Below, piece after piece: positions 19,363 through 27,926 of a stretch of 64,000 nucleotides of DNA (position 1 is the stretch's first letter; each line of letters opens with the position of its first letter). Below the pieces are notes generated by a model that saw nothing but the letters and a program-made list of their open reading frames with translations, did no database searches and was not told the DNA's origin. Position numbers and translations under genes: made by a program. The stretch spans positions 96,760-160,759 of the forward strand of contig CAVPJJ010000003.1 of NCBI GenBank assembly GCA_963705405.1. Direction: 5' to 3'. Origin of the DNA: an uncultured Gammaproteobacteria bacterium. GTDB taxonomy: Bacteria; Pseudomonadota; Gammaproteobacteria; Steroidobacterales; Steroidobacteraceae.

Positions 19363-19587
19363 ATGTCCCTGAAGCTGGAGCCGAATTTCTACGAACCGGG
19401 CAAGCGCTATATCCGCGCCTTCACGCCCGGGGACGACTTCTACGAGAGCCTGATCGAGACTCACCGCGACCTGAGCGACGAACAGAGCGCAATAGTCAAC
19501 GCCCGGCTGATCCTGCTGCTGGCCAATCACATCGGCGACATCGCCGTGCTGCGCGAAGCCATGCAGATCGCCCGCGCCGGCGTTTAA
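19363..19587 (+). CDS. DUF2783-like small protein, a type often found next to MhpA-type monooxygenases.
   Basis: It is 74 aa, starting at the ATG at 19363 with a GAGGAG ribosome-binding site: MSLKLEPNFYEPGKRYIRAFTPGDDFYESLIETHRDLSDEQSAIVNARLILLLANHIGD. Confidence 0.5.
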   Translation: MSLKLEPNFYEPGKRYIRAFTPGDDFYESLIETHRDLSDEQSAIVNARLILLLANHIGDIAVLREAMQIARAGV

Positions 19588-19638
19588 GGCACGCGCGCCG
19601 GATGCACGACGGCAGCTGCGCTGGAGAATAAGAGCTTT

Positions 19639-20880
19639 GTGAAGCCCGCTACTCCGCGACAGCGCTTGACAGCTCCGACACTCAGGCTTGGAGCATTGCT
19701 GACCACGCTGGTCGCGCTCGGGCCGCTCTCCACCGACCTCTACATCCCGTCGCTGCCGACACTGATCGAAGTGTTTCGCACCGATGCGGCGCGCGTCCAG
19801 CTGACGCTGTCCGTATTCCTTGCGGGCTTTGCCGTCGCGCAGCTGGCCTATGGTGCGCTGTCTGATCGCGTCGGGCGACGACCGATCATGCTCGCGGGGC
19901 TCGCGATCTTCTTCCTGGCGTCGGTCGGCTGCGCTTTCGCCACCAGCATCAATCAGCTGATCGTCGCCCGTTTCGCGCAGGCGATCGGCGCCTGTGCCGG
20001 ACCGGTACTTGGGCGCGCGATCGTCCGCGACGTCTGGGGGCCAATCAAGGCGGCCCGTGCCCTGGCCTACCTGGGCGGCGCAATGGCGCTGGCGCCTCTG
20101 GTCGCTCCGGTCCTCGGCGGCGCGCTGACCGTCTGGTTTGGCTGGCAGTCCAACTTCGCGCTGCTGGCGTCGTTCTCCGGTGTGCAACTGGTGGTGGTCT
20201 GGCGTTGGCTGGGCGAGAGCAACGTGTATCCGGATGCGACGGCGACCCGCGTCGGCCGCATGCTGATGAATTTCCGGATCCTGCTGGCAGATCGAGGCTA
20301 TCTCGGCTGTCTTCTGGCGCTGGCGTGGTCGTACAGCGCGCTGTTCGCCTTCATTGCCGGGTCGTCCTTCGTGTTGATCGGGAGGTACGGGCTTTCGCCG
20401 GCCGTCTACGGCATGTGCTTCGGGTTTGTTGTCGCCGGCTACATCGCCGGTACGCAGCTTGCCGGCTGGCTCGTGCCCCGGCGCGGCCCCGACTGGTTGC
20501 TGCGGTCCGGCGCCTGGCTGGGGGCATTCGCCGGGGCGGCGATGCTTGGCCTCGATCTTGCCGGTGTCCGCCATCTCGCCGCAGTGCTGGCGCCGATGTT
20601 CGTCGTCACCGTGTCGATCGGGGTGGTGATGCCGAACGCCACCGCGCGGGCGCTGGCGCCGTACCCGAAGATGACTGGTGCCGCGTCGGCTCTGATGGGC
20701 TTCTCGCAGATGAGCGTAGCGGCTCTGATTGGCATCGTCGTTGGCCATGGCGTCGAGAGCAACGCAACGGTCATGCCGATGACGATCGCAGCGTGTTGCG
20801 CGCTGGTGCCTTGTAGCTATCTTGCGCTGGTTCGCCGCGGTGACTCACATGGCGGCACGGATGCGTATCTCATGCGCTGA
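19639..20880 (+). CDS. MFS transporter, Bcr/CflA subfamily.
   Basis: It has 12-TM hydrophobicity and the motif GALSDRVGRRPIML between TM2 and TM3. It is 413 aa. Confidence 0.85.
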   Translation: MKPATPRQRLTAPTLRLGALLTTLVALGPLSTDLYIPSLPTLIEVFRTDAARVQLTLSVFLAGFAVAQLAYGALSDRVGRRPIMLAGLAIFFLASVGCAFATSINQLIVARFAQAIGACAGPVLGRAIVRDVWGPIKAARALAYLGGAMALAPLVAPVLGGALTVWFGWQSNFALLASFSGVQLVVVWRWLGESNVYPDATATRVGRMLMNFRILLADRGYLGCLLALAWSYSALFAFIAGSSFVLIGRYGLSPAVYGMCFGFVVAGYIAGTQLAGWLVPRRGPDWLLRSGAWLGAFAGAAMLGLDLAGVRHLAAVLAPMFVVTVSIGVVMPNATARALAPYPKMTGAASALMGFSQMSVAALIGIVVGHGVESNATVMPMTIAACCALVPCSYLALVRRGDSHGGTDAYLMR

Positions 20881-21550
20881 CGGCTCCATGCACCGCGCCG
20901 GCGTCGGCCCGCCTGACGGTTGCCAGGTAAACCAGTGCCCGTGCGCAGGCGAACGAGTGACCCGACAGGTTTGCCTTGCGCGGCACAGATCCGAGATCCC
21001 GCGGCCGTCCGGGGGCACGCAGCCGCCACGGGCCGTCGCGTAGCACTTCTCCGAACTCGAGCGCATCGTCGGCCGTGACGGCGTAGACGCCGGGCAACGA
21101 CGCGGGCAACCAGCCGGGCCGGTCGGGCTGCTCCGACGCCACGAGTACGCAGCCCGACTCGATGACGGCAGCGCAGGCAGCGGCCAGCACCTCGTCCCCC
21201 GGGCCCGGAGGAACACCGAGGCTCAGGTTAACGAAGTCGCAGCCCTCGGCTGCGGCCCGCAGGATTCCCCTGGCGACGAGCGAGGGATAGGTGGCCTCTG
21301 CGACGCCGAACACCCGCACCGAAAATATCACCGCGTCGGGAAACGCCTCGCGGATGATTCCGGCCACGGCCGTCCCATGACCAACAGGGTCGGAGAAGTC
21401 CGCGTCCTCGCGAACCAGCCTGTCCGGTCCCAGGTACAGGCGGCAGCCCGTCACGCTTCCCCGCACGTGGGAATGCCATGGATTCACGCCGGTGTCGACG
21501 ATTCCGATGCGACGAGCCGACAGCAAATCCCGACCCAAGCGACGCTCCAT
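20870..21550 (-). CDS. qhpE: Small subtilisin-like (S8) serine protease, QhpE-like leader peptidase of the quinohemoprotein amine dehydrogenase gamma subunit.
   Basis: The catalytic triad context is IVDTGV (Asp), HGTAVAG (His) and SGHSFA (Ser). It is only 226 aa and is the last gene of the qhp operon. Confidence 0.7.
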   Translation of the reverse strand: MERRLGRDLLSARRIGIVDTGVNPWHSHVRGSVTGCRLYLGPDRLVREDADFSDPVGHGTAVAGIIREAFPDAVIFSVRVFGVAEATYPSLVARGILRAAAEGCDFVNLSLGVPPGPGDEVLAAACAAVIESGCVLVASEQPDRPGWLPASLPGVYAVTADDALEFGEVLRDGPWRLRAPGRPRDLGSVPRKANLSGHSFACARALVYLATVRRADAGAVHGAVSA

Positions 21551-21570
21551 TGAAGAATTCTGCGAAATGG

Positions 21571-23343
21571 TCAGTTGCCGCGGTCGATGCCGGGCGTCGC
21601 CGCGAAAGTCGTGACGCCGCGACTAAAATGATCCGGCATCAGCAGCGAGCCGAATTGCTCCGCAGCAACCGCAACAAAGCGGCCTGCATGCAGGAGCATG
21701 AGCCGGTCGAAGTCCGTGAGACCCACAGGCCGGTGGGAGATGACGAGCGCGGTGCAATCAGGAAATGCTTCCCATAGATGCTGTCGGATCCGGGCCTCGG
21801 TCTCCAGGTCGAGACCGGAGAAAGCCTCGTCGAGCACCAGGATCCGGGGCTTGCGCAAGAACAGGCGTGCAAGGCCCAGCCGCTGCCGCTGGCCGTCGGA
21901 GAGCGCGAGCCCACGGCCACCGACGACGGTGGCGTAACCGTCGGGCAGGTTATTGATGAAGGTATCGGCCTCGGCCAGCGCGGCGGCCCGATCGAGGTCG
22001 GCGCGGGTCGTTCCGGGATTGCCGTAACGAAGATTTTCTTCCACGGAGGCGTGCAGCAGGAACGGTTCGGCGCCCGCATACCCGATCAGATCCCGGTCAT
22101 CCACCGAACGCCTGCGGTGCGCTGGCCGGCCGTCGATGTGAACGGAGCCTTCGGTGGGCTGCCGCAGGCCGAAAAGCAGGTGTATCAGCGTGGACTTGCC
22201 TGCACCCGAAGCGCCAAACAGGCCTACGCGCTCGCCCCGATCGATATGGAGGTTCGCACCCCGGAATACCGGCGGCTTCCCCGGGTAGGCAAATGTCAGG
22301 TCGCGCAACACGATGGCGTCATTGTCGGCGGCAGTCATCGCAACATCGACAGCCGGTGCCGCAGCGCTGTCGTCTGGACCGAAGACCTCGACCACCCGGG
22401 CGAAGCTCACCCGCGCCTCCTGGAGATTTCGGACGAGACCGAGTAATCCCTGGGCCGGCGCGAAGAGGCGTCCCTGGTAGAGCACAAAGGCGACGAACGT
22501 GCCGAGGCTGATCGTACCGGCCTCGAGCAGCCTGCCACCGAGGAGGTAGATCCACGCCAGCGCAAGCGTGAGCAGCAGGCCCGGCGCGCCGGTCGACATG
22601 GAGTCGAGCACCTGGAAGCCAACAACCTCGCGGTTAAGCCGTTCGCTCGCGGCAGCGAGTCGTTGCTGCTCCTCGCCCTCGGTGCGGTGAAAGCGAATCG
22701 CGCGCAGTGCGGCGATGCGCTCCGACAGGAAGTGGGAAAGGTCGGCCACAGCCTCGCGCACGCTGCGGCTTCTTTCCTCGATGGAGCGGCGAAATGCGGT
22801 CGTAGCGAGCAGCGCGAGGAGCAGGCCGAGAAAACTCCACAGCGCCAGGGTCGGCGACAGGCTGAAGGTGATGACCGCCGCCACGGCCAGGAAAAGAACG
22901 TTCTGCAGTGCTCCGAGTACGCCGTCGACCAGCAGGGTCTGAATTCGCGGCAGGTCGGTGCCGAAGCGCGTGAGGAGATCCCCGTGGCGGATGGGCTCCA
23001 GCGTCGCGAGCGGCCCGTTCAGGCAGCGCTCAAAAAGCGACGATCGCAGCTCGCCCAACAGGTCCGCCGAAAGGCGCGCGTGGACGCGGCGTGACAGTGT
23101 CGCAAGCAGCAGGTCGAGGACTGCCAGGACCAGCAGTACCGCGGCGATCTTCGGGATCACGGTGAAGTCGCCGCGGCTTGCCACCGCGTCCACGAACGCC
23201 TTGCCCAGCAGCGGTGTAGAGAGCGACACGGCTGCGCCTGCGAGCCCCAGGGCGAGGATGGCGGCGAGGCTGCCCCGCTTGCCTGACAGATGGCGCGCGA
23301 ACCGCAGGAGGTCTTTCAACACGAGCCTGGTTCGCCGGCCCAT
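21571..23343 (-). CDS. qhpF: ABC exporter (fused permease-ATPase), QhpF-like. A GTG at 23322 is an alternative start.
   Basis: It has an N-terminal 6-TM domain, Walker A GASGAGKST, signature LSDGQRQR and Walker B ILVLDEAFSGLD. Its start overlaps the end of the upstream U32 gene. Confidence 0.8.
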   Translation of the reverse strand: MGRRTRLVLKDLLRFARHLSGKRGSLAAILALGLAGAAVSLSTPLLGKAFVDAVASRGDFTVIPKIAAVLLVLAVLDLLLATLSRRVHARLSADLLGELRSSLFERCLNGPLATLEPIRHGDLLTRFGTDLPRIQTLLVDGVLGALQNVLFLAVAAVITFSLSPTLALWSFLGLLLALLATTAFRRSIEERSRSVREAVADLSHFLSERIAALRAIRFHRTEGEEQQRLAAASERLNREVVGFQVLDSMSTGAPGLLLTLALAWIYLLGGRLLEAGTISLGTFVAFVLYQGRLFAPAQGLLGLVRNLQEARVSFARVVEVFGPDDSAAAPAVDVAMTAADNDAIVLRDLTFAYPGKPPVFRGANLHIDRGERVGLFGASGAGKSTLIHLLFGLRQPTEGSVHIDGRPAHRRRSVDDRDLIGYAGAEPFLLHASVEENLRYGNPGTTRADLDRAAALAEADTFINNLPDGYATVVGGRGLALSDGQRQRLGLARLFLRKPRILVLDEAFSGLDLETEARIRQHLWEAFPDCTALVISHRPVGLTDFDRLMLLHAGRFVAVAAEQFGSLLMPDHFSRGVTTFAATPGIDRGN

Positions 23344-24272
23344 ACGTCCGGGTAATAGCAGAGGTGGGCGTTCTCGCAGAGCTCGGGAGCTCCCCGCATG
23401 GACACCACGGACGCACGAATGTCATCGGGGCCGGCACCGCGCTCGGCGTGCTTCAGCACGACGGCGGCCAGCCGCACCGATGCGGTCTTGCGTGCGAGTG
23501 ACGCCTCGCGACCGACCACCTTCAGGCTCGCAACGCCGATGCGAGCCAGGCGGGGCAGGGCGCACAGACCGCAGGGGCCGAGCGTATAGCCCCGGCTCGT
23601 CTGGCAGCCGCAGTTGTTCAAGGTCCACTTCCAGAACTCGTAGCGCCTGTCGAGACGGCCGGATCTTGCCGCGAGGCGGTCGTCCATGCAGAAGGGGCCG
23701 AAGGCATGGGTGGTGGCGCAGATTCCTTCTTCGAAAACGCAGCCGTCGTTCAGCGCGAAAACCTCCCACTCGAGACCGGGAATCGCGGTTTCCTCGATCT
23801 CCCGCAAGGTCATGTGCCGGGGCAGGATCACACGCGACACGCCGAGGCTGCGGTAGAAGGCGGCGGCGCCGGGGTTGCGGCAAGTCGCGAGACTGGAGAC
23901 ATGCAGGCGTGGGCCGAGCCCTTGCTCGCACAGGGCCAGCAGGAGTTCCCATTCGGCGACGATGAGGGCGGCAACGCCGATCTCATCGAGAAGCAGCCTG
24001 CCGAACTCCACCAGGCGGGGCACGGCCCCCGCCGGATAGGAAGGCGAGTTGAGCGTCGCGTAGACCGGTCGTGGCTGCGCCAGGTCCACGATCCGGCGCA
24101 GGTCCTCGAGATCCGGAACGCCGGCGGACCTGGGGTTGCGGCGATGGACCCACGCTTGCCCGAAGGTTTCCTCCCAGCCGGGCGGGGTCAGGCCGCAATA
24201 GAACTCGTGGGCACCCTCGGCGAGGAGCGGCAGGACTTCCTCGGAGCTTCGCAGCGGCGCAAGGATCTTCAT
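23316..24272 (-). CDS. Peptidase-U32 family protein, UbiU-like (putative Fe-S, O2-independent hydroxylase component).
   Basis: MKILAPLRSSEEVLPLLAEGAHEFYCGL.., HVSSLATCRNPGAAAFYRSLGVSRVILPRHMTLREI, WEVFALNDGCVFEEGICA and ASLKVVGREAS parallel the conserved blocks of E. coli UbiU as I recall them. Several conserved Cys are present. An ATGA overlap links it to the upstream U32 gene. Confidence 0.7.
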   Translation of the reverse strand: MKILAPLRSSEEVLPLLAEGAHEFYCGLTPPGWEETFGQAWVHRRNPRSAGVPDLEDLRRIVDLAQPRPVYATLNSPSYPAGAVPRLVEFGRLLLDEIGVAALIVAEWELLLALCEQGLGPRLHVSSLATCRNPGAAAFYRSLGVSRVILPRHMTLREIEETAIPGLEWEVFALNDGCVFEEGICATTHAFGPFCMDDRLAARSGRLDRRYEFWKWTLNNCGCQTSRGYTLGPCGLCALPRLARIGVASLKVVGREASLARKTASVRLAAVVLKHAERGAGPDDIRASVVSMRGAPELCENAHLCYYPDVWAGEPGSC

Positions 24273-25111
24273 GGCGTGGCCGCCTCGTGAAGGACGACGC
24301 GGTCGGTATGAAGCAGCCACGCTTCGGCTGCCTCGGGCGGCAACTCATAGAAAGAGTGTGTTGCCGCCTCTCCACAGGGGCATCGGACAGTCATCGCGTT
24401 GGACCCGAATCGGGCCGGCCCGGCAAGGCCCGGGACAGCGGTCAGCAAGTGTCTTGGAAAAACCGCCACCCTCGGCGTAGAGGCGTGCCTTCAGCGGACA
24501 ACCGCGGCCCGAGGCGGCGAACGTGAAGGGCAGGTGAATGGCCCGGAGAAGTCCCACGCCCGTCTCGTCAGGTCCGTCACCGAGATAGCCGCCGTCGAGA
24601 TCCGCATCGCTTTCGAGCGCCGTGACGCCGAGGTCGGCCAGGAAGCCGCGCAGCCTCGCGTAGCGGGATGCTTCGTGGGTTGCATCGCCGACCGTTCGAT
24701 CGCGATAGGCCCGCGGGTCACGCAGTGACCGGTTCATCAGCCGGCCGGCGCGCCGAGGCAGCGAAGGGTAGAGATCGCGCAGGAGCCCAAGTATCCCCCA
24801 GTCATTGAACACAACCGCCGGTTCCTGGCCGCTCGCCGTGAGTCTGGCCAGCAGCCGACCCACGGTGCGCAGCCCTTCGGGCGTCACGATCGGCGTGAGC
24901 AGCGTGGGTTCGAGCTCAAGGTCGCGCGCCAGCGAGACAAAACGCCTCGGCCTCTTGAAAATCGGAGAGGCGGTCCTCGCAGAATTCCGTGCCGAAGTAC
25001 AGCGCCACGGTCGGAGCCGTCCGGTAGCAGACTGCGCCACGCGGCCGGGCACGCGTCCCGCAGATCGCGGGGCGGTTCGGCGGGGCTCGTCAGGCGAAGT
25101 CCGTATTCCAT
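24269..25111 (-). pseudogene. Peptidase-U32 family protein, UbiV-like. As written, there are three frame breaks near 25010, 24940 and 24352.
   Basis: The ATG at 25111 has a GGAG ribosome-binding site about 10 nt upstream (MEYGLRLTSPAEPPRDL..). It continues in a second frame (VALYFGTEFCEDRLSDFQEAEAF), then in the frame of ORF 24345..25052 (VSLARDLELEPTLLTPIV..AIHLPFTFAASGRGC..CPGPC..PLWRGGNTLF). It ends in ORF 24269..24469 (YELPPEAAEAWLLHTDRVVLHEAATP), whose stop overlaps the next ATG. Two of the breaks sit at A/T homopolymers (AAAA 24939-24942, AAA 24351-24353). Confidence 0.6.
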
Positions 25112-25146
25112 GCGTTTCTTCTCCGGCGGGAAATCGTGCGCCCGGG

Positions 25147-26151
25147 TCAGAAGCTGACCCGGCGGATATCCATGCCGTCAGAGGCCATCTGCAGCACCTT
25201 CAGCGCCTTCAGCGTCTTCGAGTCGTAGACAGTCACTGTGGATCCGCCACCTCCGGCATAGATTTTCTTGCCGTCGCCCGACACGTTGACGGCGTAGCAG
25301 GTGCCCTCCGCGATGGGCATCGACTCCAGGTACGTCTTTTCGACGAGGTCGATGACCGTGAGCTCGTCCATGACCGCGTAGGCCAGCTTCCTGTCGGGCG
25401 ACAACACCACCGAGTACGCCATCACCGGGTCGCCCTTCAGCGGGATTTCGCTGATTTCGCCGGTCTTCTGGTCGACCAGCATGAGTCCCATGAACTCGGG
25501 CGTGTAGTAGTTCATGCTCGCGATGCCGCCGTTGTCGAACGCGTAATCCCAGAACGGCAGGATGTTCATCTTCCTGTCGAACATCGGCACGGTCTCGGCG
25601 ATCTTCAGGTCGCGCCCGGTCGTATCGATCTTGTAGAGGTCCTGCGCGAAAGCGTAGAGCACCGTGCCGCCCTTGACACTGACGAGGTGTGTCACGCCCC
25701 AGGGCACCTCGACACTGCGCAGGAACCTGCCGGTCTCGAGCTCGAACTGGGCGACCACGGGCCCACCGATGATGACCTCTCCCCCGGCCGTCCTGCGGGA
25801 CATGAAGCCGCCATAGGCAGTCTTGCCATCGGGATCGAGCGCGAAGCCGAACATCACCCGGTCCCAGCCGTCATTGCTCAAATCGATTGTGGCCACGACC
25901 CGGTTCTGCGTCAGATCCACGGTGTGCACGAGATGACGGTTGGTGGCGACATACAGGAACTTCCGGTCGGCGCTGAGAGCTACCTCGCGGCTGGCACCGG
26001 TGATGGGAATGTCGGCCACGATGGCGTCGGTGTCGCCGTCGATCACCTGGATGATTTCATAGCCCAGATAGTAGAACCGCTCCCCGGCCGCGGCGCCCCC
26101 GACGTAGAGGATTGCGGCGAGGCCCACGAATAGCAGTGGCTGCCATCGCAT
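25147..26151 (-). CDS. qhpB: Quinohemoprotein amine dehydrogenase beta subunit (7-bladed beta-propeller).
   Basis: It has the signal peptide MRWQPLLFVGLAAILYVGGAAAG, is 334 aa, and shows a repetitive beta-strand pattern. It is positioned directly after qhpC with an AGGAGG ribosome-binding site. Confidence 0.75.
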   Translation of the reverse strand: MRWQPLLFVGLAAILYVGGAAAGERFYYLGYEIIQVIDGDTDAIVADIPITGASREVALSADRKFLYVATNRHLVHTVDLTQNRVVATIDLSNDGWDRVMFGFALDPDGKTAYGGFMSRRTAGGEVIIGGPVVAQFELETGRFLRSVEVPWGVTHLVSVKGGTVLYAFAQDLYKIDTTGRDLKIAETVPMFDRKMNILPFWDYAFDNGGIASMNYYTPEFMGLMLVDQKTGEISEIPLKGDPVMAYSVVLSPDRKLAYAVMDELTVIDLVEKTYLESMPIAEGTCYAVNVSGDGKKIYAGGGGSTVTVYDSKTLKALKVLQMASDGMDIRRVSF

Positions 26152-26160
26152 ATCGTCCTC

Positions 26161-26487
26161 CTATTCGTACTTCAGGTTGCGCCAGTCGCGCGCGATGTTC
26201 GGGCAGGCCACGTCGAAATCCGAATGATTCGTCAGGCCGTCCGGCACCTGGGCGGGCCACCAGCAGTCGCCGGCGCAGCCGTGGAAATCGCGGGCCGACG
26301 ACTGGCAATTGCCGATCGGATAGGTGGGCCGCGGGTTCGTTTCCCAGCCGGTGTCGAAGATCGTGGTGCAGCCCTGCGGCATCGCGGGAGGACCGCCGAG
26401 CGCCTCGGCCGTCTGCTCCTCGCCCTCTGCCAGACGCTCGATGGCGCGCGCCTTTTCGTTCAACGCGTCGATGATCTTCTTCTTCAT
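26161..26487 (-). CDS. qhpC: Quinohemoprotein amine dehydrogenase gamma subunit precursor, which carries the CTQ cofactor and thioether crosslinks.
   Basis: It is 108 aa with a charged leader, then the core GCTTIFDTGWE..CQSSARD..CAGDCWWPAQVPD. Spacings Cys40-Glu49, Cys61-Asp67 and Cys75-Asp83 match the known Cys-to-Asp/Glu thioether pairs. The Cys71/Trp77 pair matches the CTQ pair in the CxxxCWW motif. Confidence 0.9.
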   Translation of the reverse strand: MKKKIIDALNEKARAIERLAEGEEQTAEALGGPPAMPQGCTTIFDTGWETNPRPTYPIGNCQSSARDFHGCAGDCWWPAQVPDGLTNHSDFDVACPNIARDWRNLKYE

Positions 26488-26510
26488 GAGTTGCTCCTGT
26501 GAGGAGGGCC

Positions 26511-27926
26511 TCAGCCGTCAGTCCGTGTCTTCAGGAAGGTGAACACGGGGTTGTCGGGATCGCGGCAAAGGTTTGAATAAGTGCGAACGCCGATTTCCAG
26601 CCACCGCCGGATGAAATCGCACGATCCGCCGGGCGGCAGGCCAAGTTTGGTTTCCCGAAGGTGGTTCTCGTAATGGCAGCCCCCGGCACAGAGGCTGCGC
26701 GCCCAGCAAGCCCTGCACGCCTGCGCGCGAGTTGCCGCCTGGTCCGCGAGGCTCGCCCGGATCTTCGCGTGATCAACGCCAGCGTCCAGACTACCGACCT
26801 GGAACCCATCTTCTCCCGCGAGGCGATGGCACAGGAAGAACCTGCCGTCGGCATCCGCGGCCAGGTACCCGAGACCAGCGCCGCAGGGCGAGTCCTTCAC
26901 GCGGCCGATGTGGAGTCTGGCGAGCAGGTCGAGGAGGTTGGAAAAGGGCAGGACGCGACCCTCGGCGGCTTCTTGCAGAAATCGCCCGGCCAGCAGTGAA
27001 AAGCCGGCGAACAAGGCCTCGTCCTGCTCGGCAGTGGGCAGCAGCCCGGTCGTCACCGGGCTCACCGGTGCGATGCCGACCTCGAGGAATCCCAGGCCAA
27101 GCACGTGTCCGAAGACCTCGGGAATCCGCAGCCATTGCTCGGGCGTCAGGGTCACCCGGGCCGCGGGCGGCCTCAACGCGTGTGCGCGCATCAGCGCAAG
27201 CCCCTCCACGACATCGACGTAACTGCCGCGCCGCGTTCGGCCCGCGTAGCGGCGGTTGGCGTCGTGGATGTCGGGTGGGCCATCGATGCTGATGGTGATC
27301 CCGATACGGTGCTCACGCAGGAAAACGAGCAACGTCGGTGTGAACCGGGTTCCGTTGGTCGTGAGCGAGACGACCAGCTGTTTGCCCGCTTTTCTTGTCG
27401 CGTCCTCCGCTTCCAGAACCGCGGCCCGCAGGGCCGGCAGGTTCAGCAACGGTTCACCGCCGAAGAGGACGAGGGTGACCTGCTGGCGGTCGCCGGACGC
27501 TTCGACCAGGTGTTGCGCCGCTCGCCGCGCCAGTTCGGGGCGCATCAATCGCGATTTGCCGCCATACGAGCCGCCGCCCGCGTAGCAGTAGGTACAGCGC
27601 AGGTTGCACGCCTGGGCCACCTCGAGTACGAGCGTCCCAAGGGGAATATCGGCAGGGTCGATCGGTGCCGGCGCCGGCCGATGTTGCGATGTGGCCGGGA
27701 CCAGCACCAAGGCATCCCGTAACGCCTCGAGGACCTCCCGGTCCGGAGCGGGCGCCTCGCGCAAATCAAGAGTTTCCCGCTCCCGCCACCGCGCCAGGAC
27801 ATCCCGGGTCGACGCATCGAGCGCAAACAGGCTGGCGTGATCCGTGCCGAACAGAAGGGCCTTGCCGCCCGGCTCGGTGGCGGCCTCGAAGATCCGGTGA
27901 CCCGCCCAGGCGTAAATCCCGCTCAT
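26511..27926 (-). CDS. qhpD: Radical SAM/SPASM peptide maturase QhpD, which forms the thioether bonds in QhpC.
   Basis: It has the CNLRCTYC radical SAM motif and the C-terminal SPASM-type Cys cluster CRACWARSLCAGGCHYEN. An ATGA overlap links it to qhpA. It lies directly upstream of qhpC. Confidence 0.9.
   Translation of the reverse strand: MSGIYAWAGHRIFEAATEPGGKALLFGTDHASLFALDASTRDVLARWRERETLDLREAPAPDREVLEALRDALVLVPATSQHRPAPAPIDPADIPLGTLVLEVAQACNLRCTYCYAGGGSYGGKSRLMRPELARRAAQHLVEASGDRQQVTLVLFGGEPLLNLPALRAAVLEAEDATRKAGKQLVVSLTTNGTRFTPTLLVFLREHRIGITISIDGPPDIHDANRRYAGRTRRGSYVDVVEGLALMRAHALRPPAARVTLTPEQWLRIPEVFGHVLGLGFLEVGIAPVSPVTTGLLPTAEQDEALFAGFSLLAGRFLQEAAEGRVLPFSNLLDLLARLHIGRVKDSPCGAGLGYLAADADGRFFLCHRLAGEDGFQVGSLDAGVDHAKIRASLADQAATRAQACRACWARSLCAGGCHYENHLRETKLGLPPGGSCDFIRRWLEIGVRTYSNLCRDPDNPVFTFLKTRTDG

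Noticed and set aside
26488-26510. A small hairpin (TGAGG-AGGG-CCTCA) between qhpD and qhpC as an attenuator or processing site for the precursor-peptide mRNA.
   Set aside because: It has only a 5-bp stem and overlaps the ribosome-binding-site region. It is too weak to support a claim.
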